Positions 28,154 to 37,422 are shown, counted from the first letter of the stretch. The stretch is DNA of 64,000 nucleotides from a virus (IMGVR_UViG_3300046727_000401:782-64781); one strand, 5' to 3'. Notes: generated by a model not told the origin, from the sequence alone. Numbers and translations are program-made.

Positions 28154-29710
28154 CTACTGCTGGATCACCGTGCCCGTTGCAATGTCCGTATCAAGCACGA
28201 CGGCGAGCATGTGGCCGATGAGCTTGACCCGCCAGAGGATGTGCTCCTCGCCCTGCGCGCGCTGACCCGGCGTGTTCACGCTGACCTGGTCGACGCTGAA
28301 CCCGTTGCCGCCGTCGGGCGAGCGGTCGATGACGCGCGAGGCGAGCTGCAGGCCGAGCGAGAACGCGGTGAGCTCGGCGCCCATGAGCGCGCGGATCTCC
28401 GGGGTGTTCTTGCCCTTGACGTAGGTGCGCAGGCGCGTCGCGGCCGACAGCTGGAGGAAGTCGGCCATGCGGCGCCGCGCCAGCTCGGTGCGGCCTGACG
28501 AGAGGTTGGTGGTGACCACCGAGCGGAACTGGAACCCGTCGCTGGTGCGCTCGAGCGTCGAGATGCCGGCCGCCTTGAGCGCGCGGAGGTCGGGCACGGA
28601 GAGCGTGGTGTTCGTGACGCGCTCGATGCCGGCGAGTAGCGCCACCGTCTGGAACGAGCCGGCGTGAATATCCACGTCGACCTGGGACATGATCGACGCG
28701 AGCCAGACGTGCGGAGCGGTCTGCATCTCCTGGCTCGTCGTCGGGTCGATGGTGAAAGGGCTGTTGTAGCACCACACGATGCGGTCGCTCCGCGTGGTGA
28801 TCTGCGTACCCACCTGCGTGACCTCGGTGCTCACGCTTTGGCCGTGGACCTGCGCCCAGGTGAGGAACACCCGGTCCGAGACCTGCGAGCTTAGCGTGAC
28901 GAGGTTCGAGTGGAACGTCGCTGCCGAGCCGGTCACGATCTCCGGCACGAGCACGCACCGGACGTCCGGGAACACCGCGAGCGTGTTCACCGCGGTGTTG
29001 TAGTCGGTGACCGTGAGCGTGCCCTCGGAGCCAGCCACAGAGGTGTATGCGGCTACGGTTTGCCCCAGTAGGGTAAACCCAAGCGTGTCGGCGCCATCCA
29101 CGCCGGAGGCGCTGTTGTTCGGCCGTCCGTCGGCCAGCTTCACGAGGTCGATGTACCGCGCGACGTCCGAGCCCACGAGCGCGGCGGTGTTGTCCACGCC
29201 GGTCGAGATGTCTACGTTCTGGTAGACGATCTGCTTGTTGAGGTACTTGATCGTCAAGTTGAACTGCGTGCTGATCGCCGATGTCGCCGCGGTGACCGAC
29301 CAGCCGACCAGCGAGCCCCAGGCGCCGACGCTCGACGCGTCGATCCGGAGCACCGCGGTGCCGCCGCCGCCCGCCGTGTTCTCGAGCGTGAACGACGCCT
29401 TGACCGCGTCGCTTGCGTGGACACGCTGGACCACGAGCGTCCCGAAGGACTTGTTCAGCAGCGCCTTCCAGACCTCGCCAACCAACGTTCCGCCGCTGCC
29501 CTGGTCGCGCGTGCCGTAGGTGTTCACGAAGTCGCCGACGTTCGTGATCGTGACCGGCGCATCGGGGCCGCGTACGCACTTGCCCGCGAGCCCGGTGATC
29601 GAGAAGTCGGCCCCGCGGATGAACCCGGACGGGCCGCGCTCGGCGACGTACAGCGCCTCGAGCTTCGCGTAGTCGGCGGGATTCGTGCTGAATATCACGT
29701 CGGTGCTCAT
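28154..29710 (-). CDS. Tail sheath protein
   Basis: GKCVRGP...FVNTYG, GAWG, RRMADFL, NTP motifs. Confidence 0.9.
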   Translation of the reverse strand: MSTDVIFSTNPADYAKLEALYVAERGPSGFIRGADFSITGLAGKCVRGPDAPVTITNVGDFVNTYGTRDQGSGGTLVGEVWKALLNKSFGTLVVQRVHASDAVKASFTLENTAGGGGTAVLRIDASSVGAWGSLVGWSVTAATSAISTQFNLTIKYLNKQIVYQNVDISTGVDNTAALVGSDVARYIDLVKLADGRPNNSASGVDGADTLGFTLLGQTVAAYTSVAGSEGTLTVTDYNTAVNTLAVFPDVRCVLVPEIVTGSAATFHSNLVTLSSQVSDRVFLTWAQVHGQSVSTEVTQVGTQITTRSDRIVWCYNSPFTIDPTTSQEMQTAPHVWLASIMSQVDVDIHAGSFQTVALLAGIERVTNTTLSVPDLRALKAAGISTLERTSDGFQFRSVVTTNLSSGRTELARRRMADFLQLSAATRLRTYVKGKNTPEIRALMGAELTAFSLGLQLASRVIDRSPDGGNGFSVDQVSVNTPGQRAQGEEHILWRVKLIGHMLAVVLDTDIATGTVIQQ

Positions 29711-29717
29711 GGGTCTC

Positions 29718-30347
29718 CTACGCGGGCGAAAGCGTCCCGTCGGCGTTGATGCTGACCAGCTGGACCGCGCCGGCCGATGACGTCGAGTCGCCCGCGACGC
29801 CGAGGGTCAGCGTTTCGATCGTGTACACGGGCGCGTCGATCGTCAGGGCCGGCACCGCGACGTCGACCTGGATCCGGCTCTCGTAGCGGCGATCGAGAGC
29901 CAGGGTCTCGACCCACTGATCCTCGTCGAGGTCGAAGTAGGTGGTCCAGTCGCCAACCTCGGGACAGGCCGTGACCGTGAACACCAGGATCCCGGGCTGG
30001 TGCATGCCGCTGATCGGGTGCTTGGAGCTCAGGAACAGGTCCAGCACCTGCGCCTCGAGCACGGCGCGCTGGCGCGGCGAGGACGCGATGATCGAGATCA
30101 CGCACGCAGCCTCGTGCCATCCCACCTGGTAGACCAGCACGTTGCCGGGCAGCGAGCGCACGGCCTCGACGGTGTCCGCGTTGTAGAGCCACTTGCTCGG
30201 CTCGATCGACAGGTTCGGCACCTTCTCCAGCTCGCCGCTCGGCGCCTGTCCGGCGCACGTGCGGCCCACGAGCGCGGGGATGTTGGCCTCGACAAACGCG
30301 GTGAACGCCTCGAGCGCGTCGATCCGCACGATGCATGGGACGGTCAC
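29718..30347 (-). CDS. Putative tail terminator/neck protein
   Basis: Position before sheath; GTGA overlap. Confidence 0.6.
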   Translation of the reverse strand: MTVPCIVRIDALEAFTAFVEANIPALVGRTCAGQAPSGELEKVPNLSIEPSKWLYNADTVEAVRSLPGNVLVYQVGWHEAACVISIIASSPRQRAVLEAQVLDLFLSSKHPISGMHQPGILVFTVTACPEVGDWTTYFDLDEDQWVETLALDRRYESRIQVDVAVPALTIDAPVYTIETLTLGVAGDSTSSAGAVQLVSINADGTLSPA

Positions 30348-30919
30348 GGTTGTTTCTCCGCGTTCGCCAGCGCCCGCTCGAGCTCGTCGATCATCACCCG
30401 GCGAATCTCGGGGAGCGCGTTCTTGACGAACAACCGCGCCGGCGTGCCCTTCGTCGCGATGCGATGCACGATCGCGTTGGTCACCTCGCTGATCACCGGG
30501 TCCTCGCCGTGGTACGGCCGCATCGTGACCGTGGCCTCGATCCGATGGCGCATGCGGCCCTTGCCACCGAGCTTGCCGCCTCGGTAGTGCCGGCGGACCC
30601 ACTCGTAGATCGCCGTCCACCCCTCGGGGGACATCGGGTGCGGCCGACTACCGAGCTCCACCGCGGCGATGTTGGGGCTGTTGTTGACCAGCGTCGCCAG
30701 CACGCCGTCAAGGTCGCCCTCGAAGTCGGCCGTGCCTGGGTTGACCTTCCAGCCGGCCTTCATCGGCCCGAGGTCAACAGGGGTCACCCGGACCACCACG
30801 GCGCGGCCCCGGTGTGCCCCGGCCAGCGCGCCGCGCGCGATTGCCCGCCGCACCTTGCGCTCGGTGCGGTCCAGCGCCGCATCCAGGCCGCTGAGCGGCA
30901 CCTCGATCACGACGCTCAC
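30344..30919 (-). CDS. HK97 gp10-like tail completion protein
   Basis: TPVDLGPMKAGW, AAVELGSRPH, GTPARLF. Confidence 0.75.
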   Translation of the reverse strand: MSVVIEVPLSGLDAALDRTERKVRRAIARGALAGAHRGRAVVVRVTPVDLGPMKAGWKVNPGTADFEGDLDGVLATLVNNSPNIAAVELGSRPHPMSPEGWTAIYEWVRRHYRGGKLGGKGRMRHRIEATVTMRPYHGEDPVISEVTNAIVHRIATKGTPARLFVKNALPEIRRVMIDELERALANAEKQP

Positions 30920-30958
30920 GATTGCCCCTTGCGCGAGCACAGTAGCGGTGCTACAAAC
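30918..30958 (+). repeat. 41-bp promoter cassette, copy A (inverted copy at 44223-44263)
   Basis: ACGATTGCCCCTTGCGCGAGCACAGTAGCGGTGCTACAAAC; 40/41 identical to copy B. Confidence 0.85.
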
Positions 30959-30963
30959 TCATC

Positions 30964-31182
30964 ATGTCGAACATGCCAACCGTCGGACGCATCGTGCACT
31001 TCCTCCCACCGTTCACCGGATCGGACCAGCCCCGAGCGGCGATCATCACGAGCGTGAACCAGGCGACCGGACGCGCCAACCTCGTGTATTGGGACATCAA
31101 CGGCGATCAGCGCCGCGTTTTCGACGCCGAGCAGAGCGATACGCTGCAGGCCGATCGGTGGTGTTGGCCGCCGCGCGTGTAG
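30964..31182 (+). CDS. Small phage protein (antisense insert)
   Basis: PTVGRIVHF...RAAIIT...WCWPPRV; TTGCGC-17-TACAAA-6-ATG. Confidence 0.75.
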   Translation: MSNMPTVGRIVHFLPPFTGSDQPRAAIITSVNQATGRANLVYWDINGDQRRVFDAEQSDTLQADRWCWPPRV

Positions 31183-31190
31183 CACCGAGA

Positions 31191-31700
31191 TCACGGCGTC
31201 CATGGCGGCGCGGCCTCCACGCGGCGGAGGTGGAGCACCCAGCCCATGTCCACCTCGCGATCGATGAACGGGGGCTGCGTGTGACCCCACAGCCGGACCG
31301 GCGACCCCTGGCCATTGCCCTCGCCGATCGCGATGAACATCTCCTGCCGCTGCGCGTCGAGCGGCTGCGCGGTTAGGTCGGCGTCGCTGTAGGTCAGCGA
31401 GATCTCGGTGAGCTTGACGTCGCCCAGCTCGCGGATCCCGCAGACAGCCTGTACGTACTTGAGGCCGTCCCAGATCTTGACCCGCGGCCGGGGCCGCAGC
31501 TCGGCGCCCACGTCCGTCATCGTGCCCTCTCCGATGTCCCCACCGGACCACGTGCGCACCACCCGGTACACGCGGTACGCGCGTACGCCGAACGACGGCA
31601 GCAGCTCGTCTCGCAGCCCGTCGATCAGGTCGGGCACGAGCGAGTCCACGAGGACCGTGGGATCCAGCGTGGCACTGCCGATGAGGGCCGGGACGGTCAT
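31191..31700 (-). CDS. Putative head closure protein
   Basis: Position in neck module; ELRPRPRV...GDVKLTEIS. Confidence 0.6.
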   Translation of the reverse strand: MTVPALIGSATLDPTVLVDSLVPDLIDGLRDELLPSFGVRAYRVYRVVRTWSGGDIGEGTMTDVGAELRPRPRVKIWDGLKYVQAVCGIRELGDVKLTEISLTYSDADLTAQPLDAQRQEMFIAIGEGNGQGSPVRLWGHTQPPFIDREVDMGWVLHLRRVEAAPPWTP

Positions 31701-31704
31701 AGGG

Positions 31705-32433
31705 TCAGATCAGCGCGAAGGCCTTGCGCAGGGTGATCGTCAGAGCGATCGCGGGCGTGGTCGAGCCGGTCAGGTGCGCGCGGATCGCATTGTGCGGGCC
31801 GGCGACCGTGAGCGGCGTGGCCGCGTTCGAGGTCGTGATCCCGGAGCCTCGGTTCGTCCAGACCGGGCTGACCACGGTCGGATCCTCCGTGGTCTGCATC
31901 TGCACCGTGCCCGATCCGAAGGTGCCGGTCACGGTTACCACCGCGTCCTGGCATTCGAGCATCGAGACCGCGGTGTCACCGTCCGCGGTCAACGCGTAGA
32001 CCTTGTTCACGATCGAGAGCGGCGAGCTGATCGCCGCGAGCGCGTCGCTGGCGAGCGTCGCCGCGGTGATCCCGCCTGCGCCGGGGTTGACCGTAGCCAC
32101 GTTCTGATCCAGCGCGGTCACCTGGTGGCACACGTTGATCGTGTCCGCGGTGGCGACCGCGATCCGCACGCCGAGCGCGCCGATCGTGTCGAAATCGGCC
32201 GTGTTGTGGACGACCTTGTACCACCCGTTGGTCAACTCCGTGATGGCGGTCCCGGCATTGACCGCGGCGAACGCGCCACCGGCCTTGCTGATCGTCATCA
32301 CCGGGACCACTCCGGTGGCGTCGGTCGAGTCGGCGCTCTTGACGAGGTGGAACTGCCAGGTCAGCTGCGCCGCCGTGGCTTCGTCCTTGGTGAAAATCAA
32401 GCTCGGTGCGTAGCTGCATTGCGCGGTCGCCAT
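31705..32433 (-). CDS. Putative virion (head/neck) structural protein
   Basis: ISKAGGAF...TELTNGWY, GTFGSGTVQ; AAGGA SD. Confidence 0.6.
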   Translation of the reverse strand: MATAQCSYAPSLIFTKDEATAAQLTWQFHLVKSADSTDATGVVPVMTISKAGGAFAAVNAGTAITELTNGWYKVVHNTADFDTIGALGVRIAVATADTINVCHQVTALDQNVATVNPGAGGITAATLASDALAAISSPLSIVNKVYALTADGDTAVSMLECQDAVVTVTGTFGSGTVQMQTTEDPTVVSPVWTNRGSGITTSNAATPLTVAGPHNAIRAHLTGSTTPAIALTITLRKAFALI

Positions 32434-32525
32434 GGTGTTCCTTAAATGCTCCTGGTCTCAGTAGATCCAACGTCGGGCGGCGGAGGCACTGGAGCGTTAT
32501 GCTCCACCGCCCGACGCGGAACGGG

Positions 32526-32924
32526 TCAGCCCTGCATCTGCGAGTTGCCGCCTCCGGTGGGGCCGCCGAACGACGAGCGGAAAGCAGGCAGGCTTGGCTG
32601 GAAGGGCGAGTTGTGGACCTCGACGCCGAGCAGGGTCGCGAGCCGGCCCAGCCGCTCCTCGCCGCGGGATCGGAGCTGCTTGAGCTCGCGCGGCGCCAGC
32701 TCGATGCTGCCGACCTTGTCCGCCTTGAACCGGACCTCGCAGGCCACGAGCGCGGCGTCGATCCGCGCCAGCTCGGCGAGGTGCACGCGCACCTTGGCCT
32801 CGTCGTCGGGCATGGTCTCGATCGCGGACATGGCCCGTTCCAGCGCCGTATCGAACTGCGCGAAGCGCGCGCTCCATCCCATGTACTCGCGGATGGTCGT
32901 CTTCTCGGCGCCGGTGAAGGCCAT
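32526..32924 (-). CDS. Putative head-tail adaptor
   Basis: MAFTGAEKTTIREYMGW...KVGSIEL...LATLLGV; position after capsid genes. Confidence 0.6.
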   Translation of the reverse strand: MAFTGAEKTTIREYMGWSARFAQFDTALERAMSAIETMPDDEAKVRVHLAELARIDAALVACEVRFKADKVGSIELAPRELKQLRSRGEERLGRLATLLGVEVHNSPFQPSLPAFRSSFGGPTGGGNSQMQG

Positions 32925-32926
32925 GG

Positions 32927-33562
32927 TCAGCGACCGGCCTTCTTGATCTCGGGCTTGGCGGGCGCGGCGGGCGCCTGCGCGGCCGGCAGGGTCGGCGTAG
33001 GCATGTCTTCTGGATCGTCGTCCGGGATCTGCACCACGCCGGTGTCGTCCGCCGCGGCGCGCGTCGGGCGCGGCGCCGGCACGTTCTCGACCGCGGCCTC
33101 GACCTGGACCTCGGTCCCGTCGGTGCGCTGCATCACGAGGCGCATCGGCGCGCGCTCGGACTCGGCGCGCTCGACCATCGCGGCCTCCCACTGCGCCTTG
33201 ACCTCGGCGGCGCGGAACTCCGAGACGACCATCGGGATCCGCGGGCCGGGCTGGACGTGCCACGTCTCGATGCCGGACTTGATCGAGCGCTTGCCGGGCC
33301 ACGCCTCGCGCATCGTGTTGACCTCGATCGCCGGCGGCAGCTTGTAGTTCTTCGACGCCATCGACTGGGTCTCGACGGTATACCCACGCTGCAGCAGGGT
33401 GCTCTCGCCGGGCTTGAGCCGGATCATCCGCGGCGGCGAGCCGGGGACGGTGGCGATCTCGAACCGCGCGTCGAAGGGCGAGACGTTAAAGACCCGCACG
33501 TCCCCGCCCTCGCGGGCGGCGCGGTCAAATTCGATGTCATTCTCGGTGCGTTGCTGCTGCAT
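32927..33562 (-). CDS. Hypothetical protein after capsid
   Basis: CACAGGAG SD; Pro/Ala-rich tail. Confidence 0.65.
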   Translation of the reverse strand: MQQQRTENDIEFDRAAREGGDVRVFNVSPFDARFEIATVPGSPPRMIRLKPGESTLLQRGYTVETQSMASKNYKLPPAIEVNTMREAWPGKRSIKSGIETWHVQPGPRIPMVVSEFRAAEVKAQWEAAMVERAESERAPMRLVMQRTDGTEVQVEAAVENVPAPRPTRAAADDTGVVQIPDDDPEDMPTPTLPAAQAPAAPAKPEIKKAGR

Positions 33563-33595
33563 GTCGGCTGCTCCTGTGCCGTGCGCCAGGGGTGA

Positions 33596-33624
33596 GCACG
33601 TCGGCCGGCGCGGTGCCGACGTGC
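33596..33624 (-). terminator. 10-bp stem-loop downstream of capsid gene
   Basis: GCACGTCGGC-9 nt-GCCGACGTGC; no U-tract, so may be an mRNA stabiliser. Confidence 0.45.
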
Positions 33625-33632
33625 CTCGAAGA

Positions 33633-34679
33633 TCACAGCGCGGCGTCGAGGTCCTTGATCACGCCGTTGCGGAACGGGTACCGGCACTGCAGCTGCGGGT
33701 ACAGGATCAGCTGGAACGGGTACGCGTCGCCCTTCGGCCCCAGCGGGTGGATCCGCGCGGTGAGCTTGCCGGTCGGCTGGCCGAGCTGCTCCTCCGGCGT
33801 GCCGGCGACGGCGATCATGGCCATCGACTGGTTGGCCATGCTGACCTGGTCGGGCAGCTGCAGCACGCGCACCGTCGCGCTGTTCAGCATCACCATGTTG
33901 CCGGTCGGGCAGTCGACGTCTTCCAGGATCGGGACGCCGTCGAACTCGAGCATGGTGAAACCGCCGTCGAGCACGATCTGCTGACCGCGGAGCCGGATGT
34001 CGGTCACGTACCGGCGCTGCTGACCGAACAGCGTCCCGTACTTGTTGTACAGCTCGGGGGTGGTGATGATGAGGTCGGGCTTGACGCCGCTCGCGCGGTA
34101 GATCTGCGTGCGCAGTCCGCGCATCACGTCGAAGGTCAGGGCCCGGCCCACGCCGCCGTTGGCCGAGACGTTCGCCTGCCACTGCGTGCGGACCGCGCGA
34201 TCGATACCGGCGTAGGTGCCGGTGTTGCCCAGCGGGCCGCCGGTGGTGAGCAGGCCGAAGATGAAGTTCGCCGCGCCCGAGCCGGACCACAGGTCCTGGC
34301 CCACGCCCTTAGCGAGCCGCTCGACGCTATCGCCGAGCTCGTCCACGAAGAGGTTGGCGATCTCGTCGGGGTTCTTCGCCGCCGCCGCCATCGCCATCGC
34401 CTTGCCGGTGACGCTGAACGACGTGTCGTAGGTCCCGAACTCCAGCGAGGCCGGGATCTTGTCATCGTTGTCGAACGTGACGACGTCGGCGCCCTCGGCG
34501 CGCGCCGCTCCCACGGCGGTGCCAAAGCGAGCCGCCCACGTGATGTTTTTTCCGGTGGTGCCGTTGCCGACGGGCAGCACCTGCAGCAGCACCGTGGCGC
34601 GGTTGATCTGGCTCGCGATCCGATCCTCGAAGATCGTGGTCAGCGCGCTGGCGATTTGTGCGGTTGCGACGACGGACAA
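33633..34679 (-). CDS. Major capsid protein
   Basis: 348 aa; YAGIDR, KPDLIITT, FDGVPILED.DCP, GVIKDL; TTG start with AGGAG SD. Confidence 0.85.
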   Translation of the reverse strand: MSVVATAQIASALTTIFEDRIASQINRATVLLQVLPVGNGTTGKNITWAARFGTAVGAARAEGADVVTFDNDDKIPASLEFGTYDTSFSVTGKAMAMAAAAKNPDEIANLFVDELGDSVERLAKGVGQDLWSGSGAANFIFGLLTTGGPLGNTGTYAGIDRAVRTQWQANVSANGGVGRALTFDVMRGLRTQIYRASGVKPDLIITTPELYNKYGTLFGQQRRYVTDIRLRGQQIVLDGGFTMLEFDGVPILEDVDCPTGNMVMLNSATVRVLQLPDQVSMANQSMAMIAVAGTPEEQLGQPTGKLTARIHPLGPKGDAYPFQLILYPQLQCRYPFRNGVIKDLDAAL

Positions 34680-34680
34680 G

Positions 34681-34817
34681 GGAGACTCCTGGGGATGTGC
34701 GCGCGGGGTCGCCCGCGCCGCGTTCGCCCAGGGTCATCCCCTGTCGTGCTCCCAAGCCGGAGGCTCCGTCTCCAACTTGTAGTAATTACACGCTACGATT
34801 ATCCGTGGAAAAGTCAA
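34681..34817 (-). promoter_or_regulatory. Capsid promoter and structured 5' leader
   Basis: TTGACT-16-TAGCGT; nested inverted repeats GGAGAC/GTCTCC, GGGGATG/CATCCCC, GCGCGGG/CCCGCGC. Confidence 0.5.
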
Positions 34818-34894
34818 CAGCTTTCAGCGCTGCGGCGACCGGGCGAACCTGCGGGCGCCGCGCGCGAAGGCGAGGACCTCGCTGGTCTTGTGGG

Positions 34895-35227
34895 TCACGG
34901 CGACACCGGACCGGCAGAGCGCGCCGCGGCGAACGCGGCGATACCCGTGTCGGTTAGCAGAATCGCTTGGCGACCACGCGGCCCCTCGAACCGGAACAGC
35001 ACGGGCCAGGCGCCCGGCCAGACCTCGCCGCCATACGTGCTGACCGCGGGCTCCTCATTCCAGATCGTGACCTCACACCAGGGCGCCGCGGGCGGGCGAA
35101 GCGTCGTCGCCCACTCCGGGGCGACGTCACCGCCGCGGACCTCGAACTGCTCATGGACGATCGGTCTGCCATCGTCAAGACGGCGCACGACAGCGCGCGT
35201 GATGAGGACGACCTCGGGCGCGCTCAC
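34895..35227 (-). CDS. Hypothetical protein
   Basis: GTGA overlap with upstream ORF. Confidence 0.5.
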   Translation of the reverse strand: MSAPEVVLITRAVVRRLDDGRPIVHEQFEVRGGDVAPEWATTLRPPAAPWCEVTIWNEEPAVSTYGGEVWPGAWPVLFRFEGPRGRQAILLTDTGIAAFAAARSAGPVSP

Positions 35228-35460
35228 GACCGCACCGCCTGCGCGTCGGTCGCGGCGTACAGCGCCTGCTTGGCGCTCTCGCTCGCGTTGATCTTGTCGG
35301 CGCAGCACCGCCGCGCCGAGGCCGTGTGCGGTTCGCTGGTGTCCCAGTCCAGCGCCGCGACGGTGAGATCGAATGTGGTCATGTCGCCGCTCTCGAACGC
35401 GCGGATCCCGAGGTCGCGGATCTGGCTGCGGGTGATGGTCTCGCCGGTCAGGTTCGTCAT
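35224..35460 (-). CDS. Hypothetical protein
   Basis: GTAGCGGTGCTATAAAT promoter, 6 nt to ATG. Confidence 0.7.
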   Translation of the reverse strand: MTNLTGETITRSQIRDLGIRAFESGDMTTFDLTVAALDWDTSEPHTASARRCCADKINASESAKQALYAATDAQAVRS

Positions 35461-35501
35461 GCCCTATTTATAGCACCGCTACGCTCGAACGCAAGGGGAA
35501 T

Positions 35502-35576
<75 letters not shown>

Positions 35577-35620
35577 AGCAGAGCCTACCTGAAACAGGCC
35601 GAGCGCGCTACGGTCGCGGC

Positions 35621-35812
35621 ATGAAGCAAACGAGCAAGCGGGTACTGAAGCTGTCGCGTGAGAGCGTGCGCGTGCTGTCGAGCCGGCAGCTGGCCGGAGC
35701 CGGCGGTGGGTTCATCCCCGATCCAACCACCGCGGCCACGGACGGGAACAACGGGTGCCCCAGCGAGGCGACCGGATGCCACACCGGCCTGAGCGGCTGC
35801 GGAAGCTGCTGA
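35621..35812 (+). CDS. Lanthipeptide/RiPP precursor-like peptide 2 (63 aa)
   Basis: Leader VLKLSRESVRVL...AGGG; Ser/Thr/Cys-rich core; TACGGT-6-ATG. Confidence 0.7.
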   Translation: MKQTSKRVLKLSRESVRVLSSRQLAGAGGGFIPDPTTAATDGNNGCPSEATGCHTGLSGCGSC

Positions 35813-35869
35813 TCGGACGAGCGCGAAGGTCAGGCTTGCCAATGTTTGTAGCGGTGCTAGGATTCCGGC

Positions 35870-36058
35870 ATGACCGTCATCGAACTACAGACCAAACTGA
35901 CCGCGCTGGTCGCGGCGGATCCCAGCGTTGCCGACCTCGATGTCTGGATGAACGCTGATGGCAGAACGTGGACCACCAGCGAGGTGAGCCTCGTCGAGCT
36001 CGATCCGGGGCAACGCGCGCGCGTCACGCGGTTCGACCGCACCGTCGAGATCGGTTAG
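35870..36058 (+). CDS. Hypothetical protein
   Basis: TTGCCA-16-TAGGAT-6-ATG; MTVIEL...L. Confidence 0.65.
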   Translation: MTVIELQTKLTALVAADPSVADLDVWMNADGRTWTTSEVSLVELDPGQRARVTRFDRTVEIG

Positions 36059-36846
36059 CTGTTCGGAAGGTCCCCGCCGGCCACGAGCGCCCCCGCCGCC
36101 TGCGCGAGCTGCTCGTACGCGCCGGCCACCTTCTGCGCCTTGGCGGTCTTCGCGTCGCCGCTAGCCGCCGGACGCGCGCCACCGTTGCCGCCGATCACGC
36201 GCGGCATGCCGGTCCCGCCCGGACGCGGAGTCGCCGGAGCGGCCACGTGCGCCTTGCCCTCGTCCGTGCCGATCCAGTCCTTCGCGCCGGCGCCCAGGTC
36301 CAGCTCCTCGGTGTAGCCGTCGCGCTGCGCCACGTACGACCACTCACCCGTCTTGTCGTCCTGGCGGGTGCTCTCGCGGAGGATCGCCACCGCGCCTCGC
36401 ATGAGCTCGGGCTTGACCCCCAGCTTGCCGAGGTGGTCGCGGAGTGCGCCGTCGCGCTGCGCCGCCGCGGCCTGGGTGCGCTCCCTGGCCCGCTCCTCCT
36501 TCATCTGCGCCAGCTCGCGCTGCATCGCGGCCACCGCGGGGTCCGGGCCGGCCGCGCGCGCGGGCTGCTTGCCGGCCTTGCCCTTCGTGGGCTTCACCGG
36601 CTCCTCGGTATCGTCGTCCTCGGTCTCCTCACCGGCCGGGGTCGCCTTGGCCTTGCCCTGGATCAGGTCCTTGAGCTCGGCGAGCTGCGGCGCCAGCGCC
36701 GTGCCCACCGCCTTGTCCAGCTGGCGGCCCAGCTGCTTGCTCACCGCCGCGTTCACCAGGCCGCCCAGCTTGGTCAGCTGAGACTCGGTGAAGTCGTCGG
36801 TCTCGGTCTCGTCGTCGTCGTCCGGCTTCTTGATTTTGGGTGCCAT
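36055..36846 (-). CDS. Putative scaffolding protein
   Basis: Acidic N-terminus, coiled coil, GGTG tail; upstream of capsid; CAGGAG SD. Confidence 0.7.
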   Translation of the reverse strand: MAPKIKKPDDDDETETDDFTESQLTKLGGLVNAAVSKQLGRQLDKAVGTALAPQLAELKDLIQGKAKATPAGEETEDDDTEEPVKPTKGKAGKQPARAAGPDPAVAAMQRELAQMKEERARERTQAAAAQRDGALRDHLGKLGVKPELMRGAVAILRESTRQDDKTGEWSYVAQRDGYTEELDLGAGAKDWIGTDEGKAHVAAPATPRPGGTGMPRVIGGNGGARPAASGDAKTAKAQKVAGAYEQLAQAAGALVAGGDLPNS

Positions 36847-36886
36847 GATGCTCCTGTGACATCTTGGCGCGTTTACCGCACGGCGT

Positions 36887-37345
36887 CTATAGGATGTGCG
36901 ACCCGTCGGGACGACGGCGAACCGGCGGCATCCCATCGCTACACGGATGATGGCCCCGCGTGGCGAAATAGCGGTCCCGCCGCCATAGCCTGCCGTTGAC
37001 CCAGAATCCCCACCGCCGAACAACCGGGCCGGTGATGAGCAGCGTGACAGCACCGCCGGGATCGACCTCCACGGTGTGCCTGTGCGTTGCCGGACGGAAT
37101 CGCACCGACCCGAAGCGCAGCCGGTCGCGTCCCGCCGGCGACACATCGGTGATTCCGCCCCACACGAGGACCGACAGGAACCACCACCCGTGGTCATGAA
37201 ACGCACGCCGATCGTCGCTCGCACGCCAAGCGTGCAAACGCAGCGCGAATGCACCGAAGTCGACGACCCAGCGGCGCATATACGGACACTGCGGCAGTCC
37301 CAGGCGCTCACCCCATGTCAGCCGGGGCCATCGAAGCTTGATCAT
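36887..37345 (-). CDS. Cupin-like phage protein
   Basis: YMRRW, LH...SDD...FHDHGW, HRHTV, TGP..RRWGF. Confidence 0.7.
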   Translation of the reverse strand: MIKLRWPRLTWGERLGLPQCPYMRRWVVDFGAFALRLHAWRASDDRRAFHDHGWWFLSVLVWGGITDVSPAGRDRLRFGSVRFRPATHRHTVEVDPGGAVTLLITGPVVRRWGFWVNGRLWRRDRYFATRGHHPCSDGMPPVRRRPDGSHIL

Positions 37346-37422
37346 TGGTCAGGGAGGCGTGGATTTGAACCAGCGACCTGCAGGTTAGTATGCCTGCTGC
37401 TCTACCGCTGAGCTACTCCCCG
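37346..37422 (-). tRNA. Non-canonical tRNA with 8-nt anticodon loop (identity undetermined)
   Basis: CGGGGAG TA GCTC AGCGGTA GAGC A GCAGG CATACTAA CCTGC AGGTC GCTGG TTCAAAT CCACGC CTCCCTG A CCA; TTGACT promoter upstream. Confidence 0.8.

Noticed and set aside
17130-29710. Contractile tail genes as a tailocin, eCIS or T6SS
   Set aside because: Capsid, portal, terminase and replication genes are present, so this is a phage.
37383-37393. CUA in the odd tRNA loop as an amber suppressor implying genome recoding
   Set aside because: CUA is off-centre and not preceded by U33, and many genes here end normally at TAG without fragmentation.
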